Assembly: GCA_013265495.1 (NCBI GenBank)
Contig: MU063252.1
Location: 2,542,001-2,606,000 of the forward strand
Length of the DNA stretch: 64,000 nucleotides
Direction: 5' to 3'
From: Vicugna vicugna
Taxonomy: Eukaryota
Position 1 is the stretch's first letter, and each line of letters opens with the position of its first letter. The position numbers were made by a program, and so were the translations under genes. Under the pieces are notes generated by a model that saw nothing but the letters and a program-made list of their open reading frames with translations, was not told the DNA's origin and did not search any database. Below, piece after piece: positions 12,533 through 25,131 of the stretch.

Positions 12533-15500
12533 ACGACCAGTCAAGGTCGGTGAGATGCCCTTAAAGGCCCCAGACCCCCACCCCCTGGTGCCTTCTTTAG
12601 GGCATCTGCACTTTCACTGGTCCCATCAGGGTCTTCTTGTGGTCACCCTTTGCAGCCTCCAGCTTATCTTCCCTGAGACATTTCCCCCTCAGGTTGGAAG
12701 TTGGTGTTGGAGGCGGGGCTTGCCTGGCTTTGCTGTCAGGCTGGCCCACTGGTGCCCTCTTGTGGCCCATGATCACACCATGCCCTCAGCAGTCATGGGA
12801 AGATGGGGAAGCCAGTGCGTTCATTTACCCAGTGAGCGATGCTTTCTGGTCAGCAAGACATCACAGAAGCACCATGAGGTTTTCCAGGGCTATACCCTGT
12901 GTCACTCAAATTCCTGTGTAAAACCTGAGAGCCACATCCATTGAAGTTAGGGGTCCCAACATCTTAGTTTTAGAGCTTTGCCTACATTTTTTCCTTTGGA
13001 GCGTTCTCATATGTAATGGAGTTCCTAGAAAGTTCTGAGGGTGTGGAGGCCCTGTGCTGCAGCTCCAGGCAAGCCAGGCTGTGAGTCTCCACAAAGAGGC
13101 AATTCCCCATATCAACCTGTGTGAGGACTGGAGGGGGCCATGTGGCTAGCTTGCTGTGAAGGATCATGGGCTAAGTTTGCCCCTTAGGACCTTTGGACCT
13201 TGTCCTTCTCCTCCTGGACATTGATGGAACATGACCCTGCCTCCCTGCCAGATATGAGAGGCCTGGCCTGGTGCCAGGTGTACCACAAATGCTGTCCTGG
13301 CCAGGCCACGTCTGCACAGTTACTCAGATCCGCATTGGGGAGGAGGCAGGGCACCCACTTCTCCTAGTTGCTCTGCTGTGTGCCCACAGCTTGGCCTGTG
13401 TGTTCCCGAGAAGTGAGGAAGGGGGTTTTGCTCTGTGCACTCCACCTACAAGTGGGAATAGAGCAGGAGGCCAGTGAAATAGGGCAGACAGGGAAGCAGG
13501 AGACTGGTGCAGTGCGGCTGGGCCAAGGATCATTCAGCATTCGTGGTGCTTGGGCTGATTTGATGTTCTGGACTCCATGTAGGATGGCAGGGACCCACTT
13601 CCCAGAGGCTCCTGAAGCTGACCGACTGAAGATTGAGACTCCATTTGTATGCTCCTTGGCTCGAGTACCTTGGCCGGTTCTTCTCCCTCTGTCTTTTGGC
13701 CTCCCCGCGCTGGAGATGGGCCGTCCCCCTCAAGGGTTGTTTGTGGGTTAGCATGGCCTTAGGAGAACCAGTCCCCTCTCTGCAGTCCAGAAGGCGCTCA
13801 CTTAGTTCCTACGCGCGCCTCCCCATCTGATGGGAGTGCAGTACAGCCAGTGTAGGATCTCCGTGTCGCTCAGCTCCTGGGTGGGCGCTGCATTCGGCCC
13901 AGCCACCTCCCCACCTGTGCTGTGAGTGCCATGAGGGCTGGGCCTTGGTGGTGTGCAGCTGGGCCCTGGTGTTGGCTGGTGCCCTGGAGTGACTGCATGG
14001 CATTTGCCAGGTTCCCTGGAGAGCCTGCCCCCTCCTGTAGCATGTCCAGCCTCAAGGGTGTCGTCTGTGGAGCAAAGCCTCACTTGTGTTTTGTTTGCCG
14101 GGTACATGTGTGCGTTTGTGTTCCCTGCCCTCTCATAGATACTGAGCTGGCTGATCTGGGTCCCTCCGCCATCAGGGGTCACTTCTGAGTTGTTAACCCC
14201 TGACAGCTGGTGAAGCGTCAGCCTTCAGAGGGGAAAAGAAACCCCCACCTGGCCGGCCCTACCCCAGCATCTTTAGTTGATAAAAAAAGAGAGTTGGCAT
14301 CCAAGGCTGTTCAGTGTCTCAGCATTTCCATTTGCCTCAGCAGGAGCCCAACCTGCAGTTTCTAGAATGAGGTTGGGTGGCACTTGTCAAAGGCCTTGAC
14401 TGGCATCTGTCTGTGATCTAGGAACCACCTCTGTAGGAGTCATTAGGGGCACACATAAGATTGAGCCACAGGGGTGCTTGTTGCTGTGTCACAGGGACAA
14501 TTTGGAAAGCCCGGAATGTGGCAGGCAGGCTGGGGTCGTGCAGTCTCTTCCAGAGCAGCTCCTGGAAAGGAAGTAGGTGCTTAGAAAGCACCCCGGGTTT
14601 GGAGTTGAGGAAATGAGGGTCTCCCAGTGGGCAGAAGAGGCTGCTTTGCTCTGGGAAGTCATGTTCAGCCATTCAGCATTAACTCTTTACCTCAAGTATA
14701 TTTTATTCTGAGGGTTCCCTGGGAAATAGAAATAACAAAGAAAATGAAACAAATGTTCTGAAAACCTCTCTGGCCAGAGAGCCTGGCTAGTTGGAGTTTG
14801 GTTCCTGTGTGTGCCTGTTTTGTCTTGTTTTTATCTGAATGCAATATCAAGTGCTTCCTCCCCGTTTCACCCCAATCCGGGACTTGATTTGTCTAATCAA
14901 AGCTCCCACCTGCACCACAGATCTGGGGGAGAGCTGCAGGCCAACTTGGGACAGATTTCAAAGGGGGTTGATTTAAGAGCTCTGGCCCTAGAACTGACCC
15001 ACTCGTAGCAGAACCAACACCCCCTCTTGGGCATCAGGCCTCAGAGGCAGATGTCGGCCCCTCCAGTGCTCAGCACCATCTCGGATGGGACAAGCCTGTT
15101 TGCTGCTCCAGGTCCGTCTGTGCATCTGTGCACACAGGCACATGCTTCAGTCGATGGCAGCTCCCTCTGCCTTCCTGTAACTAGGAGTTGATGCTGACAT
15201 CAAGCACACCCAAACCTGCCACTTTCAGGCCAGCTGAGGGCCTATGGGCAGCCGAGACTTGGTCCAGAAGGCACATGTACTGCTGAGTAGGGGCTGTGTT
15301 TCAGGCCATGTTTTGGAACACATGTCGAGCCCTCTGCTGTCACAGAGAAAGCAGCGCATTCCTGGGCTGTTCATGCCCAGCGGGCTGGTTTTCCTGCTGG
15401 TTTCCAGTGACTGGTAGCCATTAACCAGCATCATTAACCAGCAGCAAAACAGCCTGTTAACAAGAGGATTCCGTGAGTGGTGGTGCCATGGACCTGGGGA

Positions 15501-18156
15501 GGGGCTGGGGCTGCGAGAACCTGCCATACCAGGCTCCAAGCAAGCCCCCCATCCCCTGCACCGTCCTGGGGCCCCAGTAGCTGCACAAACCGTCCTCTGG
15601 GCTCTGTGCCATGACTCCTCCAAGATTCTGAAAGTGGCCAGACATGCCCATGTGGAAAACGTCCTCACGGGGTAAAAGGATCGCAGTGAAGGGTCGCCGC
15701 ACCCTTGCCCAGAGAGGAGCGCCGTTGTGTCAGAACTCAGGCCATGCCCTCTTCTTTTGTCCTGGGGACGACAGCCCAGTGGGGGCTGTGGCACTCTTGG
15801 CAGCCAGTGCCCTCTGAGTAGACTGAGATGGAAAAAATGCCACCTAGGGAGGATGGGTCTCCGCCAGAGGCAGGACTTGATTAGGGAAAGGATTAAGGTA
15901 GATGGAGGAAAAGCCTCCCATGCTGGGGTTTAGCTACGTTGGCAGCGCCTTTTGATTTTGCTGACTTTGTGGTGCACGGGCTTCCTGCCGCATTCTAGGC
16001 GACTGCGTCAGTGTGCACCTGACTGTGGACGCATCCCCCACTGTGACCCTCAGAAGCATCTGAGTGCTGGGTTTCCAGTTACTTCTCTGATGGAGAACAA
16101 AAGTTACATCTGCAAAGGAATGTGCAGATAGCACGGGGTGGCTACTAGTGCTGGACCAGGAGATGCCACCTGTGGGCAGGACCGAGCTCAACTGTCCAGA
16201 GCCATCCCCAGCCACAGGGCTCCAGCAGAGGCTGTGGATTGTGTTTGTGTGTGTGTTTTCCTGCCCGAGGTAAGTCACAGCAGGTAGTCAGGATTTGACT
16301 TTTTAGATGCTGAGTGTGAGCTGCTCCATCCCTTTTTGACCTTAATCAAAAAATCTGTTTGTGTTGAGATTAGAGCCTGCACTGCTGGCCAGGGCCAGCC
16401 TGGCATTGCCACCCTGCTGGCCTCACCTACCACGGGGCATGTGTCATGGGCGGGCCCTGCCCCCAGCTGCATCAGCACGGATAAGGACACTTGCCCTGCA
16501 GGAACAGCCTGAGGGTCAGGAGGGAGTGCTGGACAGACCCTGTGGCTGAGTGGGACTGGGCCATTGGGGTGACCTTTCTCATGGGCAGCATTCAGCCTGG
16601 GGTGGGGAGGTGGAGGACAGGGATGGTTATCAGCCCAAGGTCATCTGCAGTCCCAGGACAGCTGGTGCAGATTGTCTGCCTCCCCAAGGCTGGGCTTTTC
16701 CTGCCCTGAGCAGCTATGCCTGGGAGCTGCTCGGCAACGCCTTGGCTCTCACTGTTCATGTCGGGGGCCTCTCCTTGGAGCAGGGACTGGCTGTGCTTTG
16801 AGGGCGTCATGCGGCATTTTGAGCTAACCCTGGGCGAAGTACTCCCTCAGCTTCTCTCGTGGGTCCTTGAGGGTCGGGGAATGGGAGCATCATCCCTCCC
16901 TGTGACCCAAGCTGCTGCATCCTTGGTCTCACAGACGAGGCTCAGATAGGCAGAGCTGCCTGCATTCACATGTGACAGCTGGGCATGGGGCGTTGGGGTG
17001 GGTTCAGCCCTGAGCCACATTCTGTCCACTGCTGATGAGGTGTGTTAGTGTCCTCACATCATCAAAGAGGAAACGTGCTCAGTGTGCTGAGGTGGTGCGG
17101 CAGCCTGGGAGCAAGGCCTGAATGAAGCCTGCTGCCCACCCCTGTCCCAGTGCTGCCCCTGCTTGTTAACCACCCCCACCTTATGTGTCAGTCTAGCTGT
17201 GATGAACTCCTGTGTTCAAGCCCAGGGATTACTTTATGATGGGTCACCTCTGGTGACGGGGTTCTGGAGGCCCTTCCTGTGCCCACTCGGCCTGGCAGCC
17301 AGAGTGTGACATTTTCCTATTTGTGTTTTTCAGCAACTGCTCACCCCGTGTGGTTCACTCACCCAGTGTGGGCAGGGGGCAGAGGGTCGGCCTGGAGTAA
17401 AGTGGCCTCTGGGTGTCCTGCCTGCACTGAGCCCTGCACCTTGTCCAGGACTAGTGATGTATGTCTGTCTGCCAGCCAGGTCATCTTTCTGTTCTCCTCT
17501 GGGGGCTGTGGCTTTGCCTAGCTAGGCTGGAGCAGCGCTGTCTGAAGTCAGGGTCACGAAAATCATGATACACGCATCCTATGTCACAGTTTATTGGAGG
17601 CAAGTCCTGCCCATCTGTGAGCCCCTTAGGGCCTGTGCCTGCCTTGTTCACAGACACCCAGGTGGAGGCTGTGTCCAGCGTGGAGGAGGTGGAGAGGGCG
17701 TTGCTCAGCAGGAGTGTGGGTCAGGGTATCTCAGCTGCTCAGCATGGCCTGCCTACTGCTGACACCTGTCTTCTCTCATCTCATCTGCACAGTTGTCCCA
17801 GACCAGATCTGCCCTGTCTGGTGGGGAAACTGAGTCACTGCCCAGATCGGGATGGGGTCCCTGCCTCTGGGTGTGTGCTGAGTGCTCTGTGCTTCTCAGA
17901 CTGTGATGCCATCGCTGCTTAGAAACCAGACACAGGCCCACCACCCCCACCCCCCGCGCTTGCATGGGAACCAAGGACCCTGAGCATTGCCGAGGGTGGG
18001 TGACATGGACAGGCTGCTAGTCTTGTCACTGTCAGGAAAACAAAAGTGCGTTTCAAAGGAACATGCTGCAGGGATGGGCCAGGTCCTGTGCTGGCCCACC
18101 ATTTGGTTCCCTCTGTGCTGTGGACCTACTGGTAACATCCCACACTCTCCACACAG

Positions 18157-18278
18157 CACATCTCCATCCCCCAGCCTGACTGCCCCACGGAGGCACGGAC
18201 ATTCTCCTTCTACCTCTCCAACATCGGCCGTGACAGCCCCCAGGGCAGCTTCGACTGCATCCAGCAGTACGTCTCCAG
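18157..18278 (+). CDS. ELL: ELL exon 3 (122 nt, HISIPQPDCPTEARTFSFYLSNIGRDSPQGSFDCIQQYVS)
   Basis: acacag|CAC...AG|gtgagg; in frame with exon 2. Confidence 0.95.
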
Positions 18279-18669
18279 GTGAGGCCTTGCCCTGGCTGCC
18301 CCAGGTCACCTGATGGACAGACCCGCCTTCCCCTTCTTCTGCCATGGTGTCCCCCTACCCTAGCCTGCTGTGCACATGTTCACCCACCATCTCCAGCCCC
18401 AGTGTCCCTCTTCCCCCCGTCAGAAGAGTTGCCTTGGCTCCTTTCAGTGTTTCCAGGGCATAGGCACAGATCCTGGCATGCCACCTCCTGCCCAGGGACC
18501 CTGGTCCCCTTGTTCCTTTCGGGTCAAGATGTGCCGTGAAGAAACCCTGTTACTCAAGTCAGCACTAGGGACTATTTCCTGGCTGGGGATGGGGGTGGTG
18601 CAGGCCCTGAGACCATCTCCCCCTGTCATCCCAGGTGTTAATCTCGGCTTCTGGCCCCTTGTCTTGCAG

Positions 18670-18833
18670 CCATGGGGATGTCCACTTGGACTGCCTGGGC
18701 AGCATCCAGGACAAAATCACAGTGTGTGCCACTGACGACTCGTACCAGAAAGCACGGCAGAGCCTGGCACAGGCTGAGGAGGAGACACGGAGTCGAGGCG
18801 CCATCGTCATCAAGGCTGGAGGCCGTTACCTGG
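18670..18833 (+). CDS. ELL: ELL exon 4 (164 nt, [30 protein letters not shown]...GGRYL)
   Basis: cttgcag|C...CTGG|gtgagg; matches ORF 18635..18961. Confidence 0.95.
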
Positions 18834-20958
18834 GTGAGGATCAGGGGCCAGGGGCTCCACCTGTGCGGGGTTTGTGCCTGCTGGGCAGCTGTTGGGGGAG
18901 CAAGAGAGACTCAGGGCCCATCCCCACTAGGAGCTGGAGTGATGGGTTGACAGAGGTGTAGCTGCAGGCAGGATGAGCTGGGTCAGTGTTGCGACAGGAA
19001 GCAAGATCCTTCCTGGGTGGTGTCTGCTGCCTTCAGAACCCCAAGGTGGTCTGAGGGGCCCTAGAACTTCTGGGATTCCAGTTCCTAGGGCCCTTCTCCC
19101 AGGCCGCAGCCTCAGGGGCTTCTGTCTGTCATGGAGACTCAACCTACACAAAGGCAGGGCTTTGGTCTGTCCTTCGGCTGCCACCACTGCCCTCACCTGC
19201 CGAGATGTCTCCTTCCCAAGGCTGACGTGGCCTGGACAAGGTGTACATGGTGAGATGCAGTCCACAGTGGGCGGCCTGCTGCTGTGTTGGGGCCAGCAAA
19301 GGACCCTAGGGTCAGCACCAGGAAGGAAACGTGTTGATCCCTGCAAGGCTCTGGCAGCCCAGCATCAGCTTGGAAATAGCTTTGGCGAAGTTGAGACCCC
19401 GACATTCCAAGTAGGGAGAGAAGTACTGTTTATTTAGAAAATTTCATCATCCTGCTGCAGTCTTCCTACCTCCTGGACCCAGACGGAGTTAAAGAGTCAT
19501 TGGAAGTCATTGCCAGGCAAGAAGGGCCTGAGGGAGGCGTGAAACGGCTTACAGCAAAGACCCTTGATGGCTTTTGGGGTTTTTTCTTCTTTAAGAAAAG
19601 GCAAGAACATTTCATATTGCTTCAGAGAGCATGCAATTTCCCTTGCTTGGCAATGGGTTTGGCTCTGAGTTAAACCCCAGATGCTGGAGCAGGAGTCCGT
19701 CCTGCCTGTCAGCACTGGGCCCTGGTGGGCAAGACCATGAGTGCCCGGGGAGCCTGGGCTATAAGCTGCCCAACAGGTGCCACCCAGGGTCTAAAAGGGC
19801 TTCAACTGCCTGCTCTTGCCTCAGGATGGAAATGTGGACATTTGTACACATTTTAATAAATTTCTGGTTCTTTCAGCCAATAGCTTGGTCCAGAATTTTT
19901 TACTGTGCCACTTTGGGTACAATGAAGGTTTTTGCAGTGGTTTACGTTCCAGTGGAAACACTTGTCCTGGCCTCTGGAGCCGCAGATGTCCCCACCCCGG
20001 CTGTGTCAGGCCTCTCCCTCACCCCACGTTGGCCATCACCTGGCTTCTCTGGGGACGAAGTCTGGCCCTGAGGATTCTAAAAGCACTTCTTCCTGTGTTA
20101 ATTTAACAAACAGATTTGAGGGATAAGTGCAAAAGGAAGGTCATCTTGGAGAGCTTTCTGGCCCAAGGATTTAAGATGTGTGCTGACTTTTCTCAGCCAT
20201 CCTCGTTCCTGTGCTGGCAAGGATGCCGTCCAGGGTGGAGTTAATGACTTACGAATGGATGTGCCCCTCCCTGGAAAGCCGTACTGGAGGCTCTGTGGAG
20301 GAGCGTCTCATACATCTTCGCTTTACCCTGCTGCCCCCTAGGCTCCAAGCAGAGCCACGTCTGCCCGGGGAGTGCTTGGCAGGGCCACAGCTGGGAGCTG
20401 CTGCCATCGTGGGGTCTCCAGGGCAGATGCCCAGGCGGCTCTGACACCTTTACTCACTCCTCCTCTTTCATAAAAGAGAACTGGGGATCCCATGGGACCA
20501 GTGTAGTGCTGTGAAGTGCAGGCTCTGAAGGGGTTTGTGTCTGGCGATTCTGCGGACTCCCTTTTTGACATCAGCCCCCTCTTCCTGTAGGGGGTCAGGT
20601 GTTTTGGGTCCCCAGGATTTAAGCTGCCCATGGTGAAGTCATTAAGGCTCTAAACACACTTCTGTTTCCTGTAGCTCCCACTTCTGAGACTGGGGCCCCT
20701 GCAAGTGCCCATTGAGCTGTGTGTGGTTAGCAGGTGGCACTCTCAGCTGCACAAGGTCTCCACTATGTGGGCCGGGCTGGATGAGGCTCAAATTGCCTTC
20801 CCCTTGGACTTGGTGAGAGCTTGAGGCTGTCAGCCATCCACCATCTGCAGGCGTCCATATGCTCGCTGGGGAACTTGTCGTCAGCCTCAGGCAGTGAGTG
20901 GGACATGGCGACCACCCCTTCACATCCTCCAGTCCCTAACGCCCTGGTTTTATTGCAG

Positions 20959-21233
20959 GCAAGAAGGTTCAATTTCGGAAACCAGCCCCAGGGGCAGTGG
21001 ATGCTGTGCCCTCCCGGAAGCGGGCAACCCCTATCAACTTGGCAAGTGCCATCAAGAAGACCGGTGTCAGCAGTGTTAGTGGAGGCAGTGGGGTATCTCA
21101 GAGGCCCTTTCGTGACCGGGTTCTGCACCTCCTGGCTCTGAGGCCCTATCGGAAGGCTGAGCTGCTACTGAGGCTGCAGAAGGACGGCCTGGTGCAGGCG
21201 GACAAGGACGCGCTGGACGGCCTCCTCCAGCAG
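20959..21233 (+). CDS. ELL: ELL exon 5 (275 nt, KKVQFRKPAP...RPFRDRVLHLLALRPYRKAELLLRLQKDG...LLQQ)
   Basis: ttattgcag|GC...CAG|gtgcgt; matches ORF 20997..21314. Confidence 0.95.
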
Positions 21234-23479
21234 GTGCGTGCTTGCCTGGGGTCGAGCCAGGCTGGGGTGGGAGCATGGCGTTCACTGTCTAGGGTCCTCC
21301 TCACCAACTGCTGACACACAGGCAGCAGGCAGAGCGTGGGGATCCAAGACTTCAGTACACAAAGTTTTTAGAATCCAATAAAGCCTGGGGAACCTACAAG
21401 TGTGAGTTAGCAAGAGCTTGGGCTTCACAGTCAGGGGGCCTCCTTGTTGCTCACCAGTTGTGGCTTCGTGCCAGGGGCTTCGAGTCCAGACCCTCAGGCT
21501 TCTGTATGCAGCTGGAACGTGACTACAGCACCTCTCTTCGGGTCAAGGGCTAAGTGGGCGGGAATGCCAACAGGTGGAGCCTGCTGTTAGCCAGGGCTTT
21601 GGAGTAAGAGCGGCAGCTTGAGGACCCCGGGGAAGGTGGGCCCCTGGGAAGGTGAGTGACTCACCCTGGCTTTACCACATCTCCTGGGCCATGTGGAAGC
21701 CGCTTGGCCTTGAAGTAGGGATGGGCTGCCTTAGAGCGCTGCTGTGAGGATCACATAGCTGGTAGCAGATGGTCCCGCCAGCATCCTGAGGAGACAGTAT
21801 GGCCCAGGCCATGCCCTCCTGCTCCCCACCTGAGACACTCTGGGCACACAGATGGTGCCTCCTGTTGCAGAAAGTGCATGGCATGACCGTCATTAGCCAT
21901 GTCTGAGGATGAACTTCCAACTTACCAGGTTCTTCAGCAGGCCTCTTGATGCTCCTCTTCCCCACCGCCAGTGCAGTCCAAGACTGGTGTGACCCCACAG
22001 CACGTCTGTTAGGATGTCAGTGTGGCTCTTGTTCCCCCATGCTCTGACTGGGGTCCTCAGGTTACCCGTTACCCACCCCTCTAGAGAGTTTGGGGCAAAG
22101 GGCAGGGGTGAAGAGGGAAAAGCCGCCTCTGTGAGTCTCCTGTGCAGGAAGGACAGAGCTGCGCTCTGAGCCTGATGCAGATCTGGACTGCCGCCCAGCC
22201 CCAGCCCTATCCACAGAGCAGGTGCCTTCCTCATCCCCCACCTACAGAGAATCCTCCTGTGTCCTGAGGGCTGAGCCTCACATTGCTGTCGGAGGCTCCC
22301 TTGTCTACTCCCTGGGTGCCTTTGTGTGGATTTGGCCTCCTAAGCCACTGTCCCTCATGTGGAGGTCGTGCTGGCAAGGACTGAGCAGCAGTGTTTCTCC
22401 TTCAAGCTTAGGAGTTGGCCCAGGGCCTATTAGAAGATAGATACATGGCTCTGTAGCCCAGAAGTTTTCTTTGGCAAAGGGGCTTGCCAAAGCATCCAGA
22501 AAGCTCCAGAACCAGAAACTACATTCCCAGGGTGCTCGTTTCCTTGGAAAAGTCACATGTGCCATCCTTGTCCTTGGGCATTCAGGAGAAGCACATGGAA
22601 GGCCCTTTCCCTGGGCTGGGGGCCACCTAGAGCCTCCTCCTGCAGCACAGGATGACTGAGGCAGGGCTGCAAGGGGCCTGACAGAGTCATCGGACATGAG
22701 CTGGGACTGAAGACAAGGGTGGGAGCCATGCCTGCCCTTGGCTGTGTGTAACCTGCATTGCTATCCAGCCGGGCCTTAGCCCCTAGTGTAGGGTTTTTAG
22801 AAATGCCCTCGCTCCTGCCCTCCTCTCTTGTTCTTCATGTGCCTGGGATAAAGAAGCATATGATACCCTCAGATGTGGAGTGTGAACCTTAGTTGACTGA
22901 GCACTTGGTTATACCTGAGATTTATCCACTGAGCAGCCCTCAGATGTGGCAGGGATGCTGGGCTCCGTTCTCTGGAGAGGGGAGTCTGGTGGTGCTGACT
23001 TGGTTCTGCCTGGGGCACTTGCCCCATTTTTAACTCCTGGGATATTCTCGTTGCTCCTGACCCTTTCCTGGGACCAGAGAGGCACCGTGCTGGGCTCTGG
23101 CTTCTGTGGTCAACTTGGGTTTGGCAGCTTCTAGGGGGCAGCCCATCTGGTGTCTTGGGGCAGAGTCTCTGATTTCTCCTAAATGGCTCCATCTGCCTTG
23201 TGCTTCTGTGTTTACTCCCCAACTCGTTCTCCCCAACGATTGTGGGGGATGGCAGGGCCAGCCAGCTTGGGGGTGGGAAGGTACCGGGGTACCACAGGCT
23301 GCACCTCTCCCAGGATGCTCATTCCCAGCACCCTCAAGTGACTGGGGACTCTGATGGAGCTGCGCTGCTCAAAGGCCCCTTCTCTCTTCCTTCTGTGAAA
23401 ATCCAAAGGAAAGATTTAAGGCGTTTCACCTTCATGGTGGGAGTGTTGACTGGTGGGTGGCTGTTCTGGAGAGTATTTT

Positions 23480-23710
23480 AGCAAAACGTATCAAGAGCCA
23501 TAAAAATGTTCAGAGCCTTTGACCCGCTAATCCCGCTTCTGGGAAGCTGGCCGAAGAAAACCATCACCAGCATGGAAAAACCTGCACAAGTGACATCTGT
23601 TTATGCTACAGTGAAACGGGAAAGGGCGTCAGCGTCCAGCAAAGGAGAAACTTTGAGTAAATCATAGTGCAGCCATTTGGTGGAATATTACTCAACCATT
23701 AAAAAATGCT
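23480..23710 (+). mobile_element. L1ME-type 3' fragment
   Basis: cctttgacccgctaatcccgcttctggga ... ggaatattactcaaccattaaaaaatg. Confidence 0.55.
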
Positions 23711-24069
23711 CCTTGTGGAAACCTCTGTGACGTGGAGTCCGTGTAGGCCCAGTAATAGTGAAAACCGCAGCTGCCATGCCAGCCGCACAGCTACACCCAC
23801 AAGCTCTGGGGACTAGGGTGCCCAGAAAGACACTCAGGGAAGTGCCCATTTCGGGTCAGGAGCCTGAACTCCATCAAGCACCTTAAGGCAAATGTTTTAA
23901 ATCCACCTCTGCAAAGGGTCTTGGAGGCAAGCTTTTGTTAACCAGCAGCAGGGCTTGCTGGTTGCAGGAAAGGTGAGCTCAGGCTGGCCCCTGGAAGCAC
24001 GCTTCACCCAGCACTCCCAGCCTTGGCTGGCTCTGCTGCAGGAGCTGCAAATCCAAAAAGGGGTGGCGT

Positions 24070-24410
24070 TGTCCATTTGGGCTGCTGTAGACCTGGTAGC
24101 TTACACACCACAGACACTTACNNNNNNNNNNNNNNNNNNNNNNNNNNNNNNNNNNNNNNNNNNNNNNNNNNNNNNNNNNNNNNNNNNNNNNNNNNNNNNN
24201 NNNNNNNNNNNNNNNNNNNNNNNNNNNNNNNNNNNNNNNNNNNNNNNNNNNNGGAGCCTCTTCTATAAAGACACTAATCCCATCATGATGGCCCCACCCT
24301 CATGACCTGATCACCTCCCAAAGGCCCCACTTCCTAATACCGTCACGTTAGATTAAGGAGGTTAAGATTTAACGTGGATTTTGGGAGGACAAAAAGGCAT
24401 CATTCCACTT
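24070..24410 (-). mobile_element. MaLR LTR (MLT1/MST-type); contains gap 24122-24252
   Basis: ccaccctcatgacctgatcacctcccaaaggccccacttcctaatacc. Confidence 0.75.
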
Positions 24411-24707
24411 TCATGGTAGGAGTGTTGATGTGTGGGTGTGTTAGTCCACAGCAGAGGGATGGGTTGGCGATGAAGTCTTGGGAGTATAGGTGGCAGCCCC
24501 ATTGTTTGGAGCCAGCCGGGCTTCCAGCAGGTGTAAGACATGTGCATCTGGACCTGCTGCACTTGGACCCGGCACGCACGGGAGCTGGGCGGGGGGTGCC
24601 CTATTTCCCATCACATCTGTCTGTCTCAGCACCCCGCCCCCCATCAGATGCTTTCAGGAACATCTCTTTTGGGCTTCACACAAGGTAATGCTGGCTCTGT
24701 CTTGCAG

Positions 24708-24832
24708 GTGGCTAATGTGAATGCCAAGGATGGCACGTGCACACTGAAGGACTGTGTGTACAAGGATGTGCAGAAGGACTGGCCTGGCTACTCAGAGGGG
24801 GACCAGCAGTTGCTGAAGCGGTTGCTCATCCG
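24708..24832 (+). CDS. ELL: ELL exon 6 (125 nt, VANVNAKDGTCTLKDCVYKDVQKDWPGYSEGDQQLLKRLLI)
   Basis: cttgcag|GTG...CG|gtaatg. Confidence 0.95.
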
Positions 24833-25018
24833 GTAATGCTGCCTCCCCATTTCTGGGCAGGTCCCCACCCCCTGGGCCTGGGGCACATCTTGTTCTGAGG
24901 ATGCTGGGGTGGCCTCACCTGGTCCTTGGGGCCTGCAGGGGTCTGTAGAGACTCTTTGTGGAGCCCACCTGAGTGCCCCACCACAGCCTTCTGCTTGGAG
25001 GGCATGAGTCACCATCTT

Positions 25019-25131
25019 TTTATTGTTTGTTTAAAAGTTTAATGGAGGTACTGGGGATTGAACCCAGGACCTTATGACCTCATGCATGCTAAGCGTGCAC
25101 TCTACCACTGAGCTACACCTCTGACCCCCAC
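25019..25131 (-). mobile_element. tRNA-Ala(AGC)-derived SINE, camelid-type, with a 13-bp target-site duplication
   Basis: On the - strand: A box TAGCTCAGTGG, B box GGTTCAATCC and an A-rich tail. GAGTCACCATCTT is duplicated at 25006-25018 and 25132-25144. Confidence 0.85.

Noticed and set aside
25043-25122. tRNA-Ala(AGC)-like sequence as a real tRNA gene
   Set aside because: It has an A-rich tail, a 13-bp TSD and an extra insertion in the variable/T-arm region, so it is a SINE.
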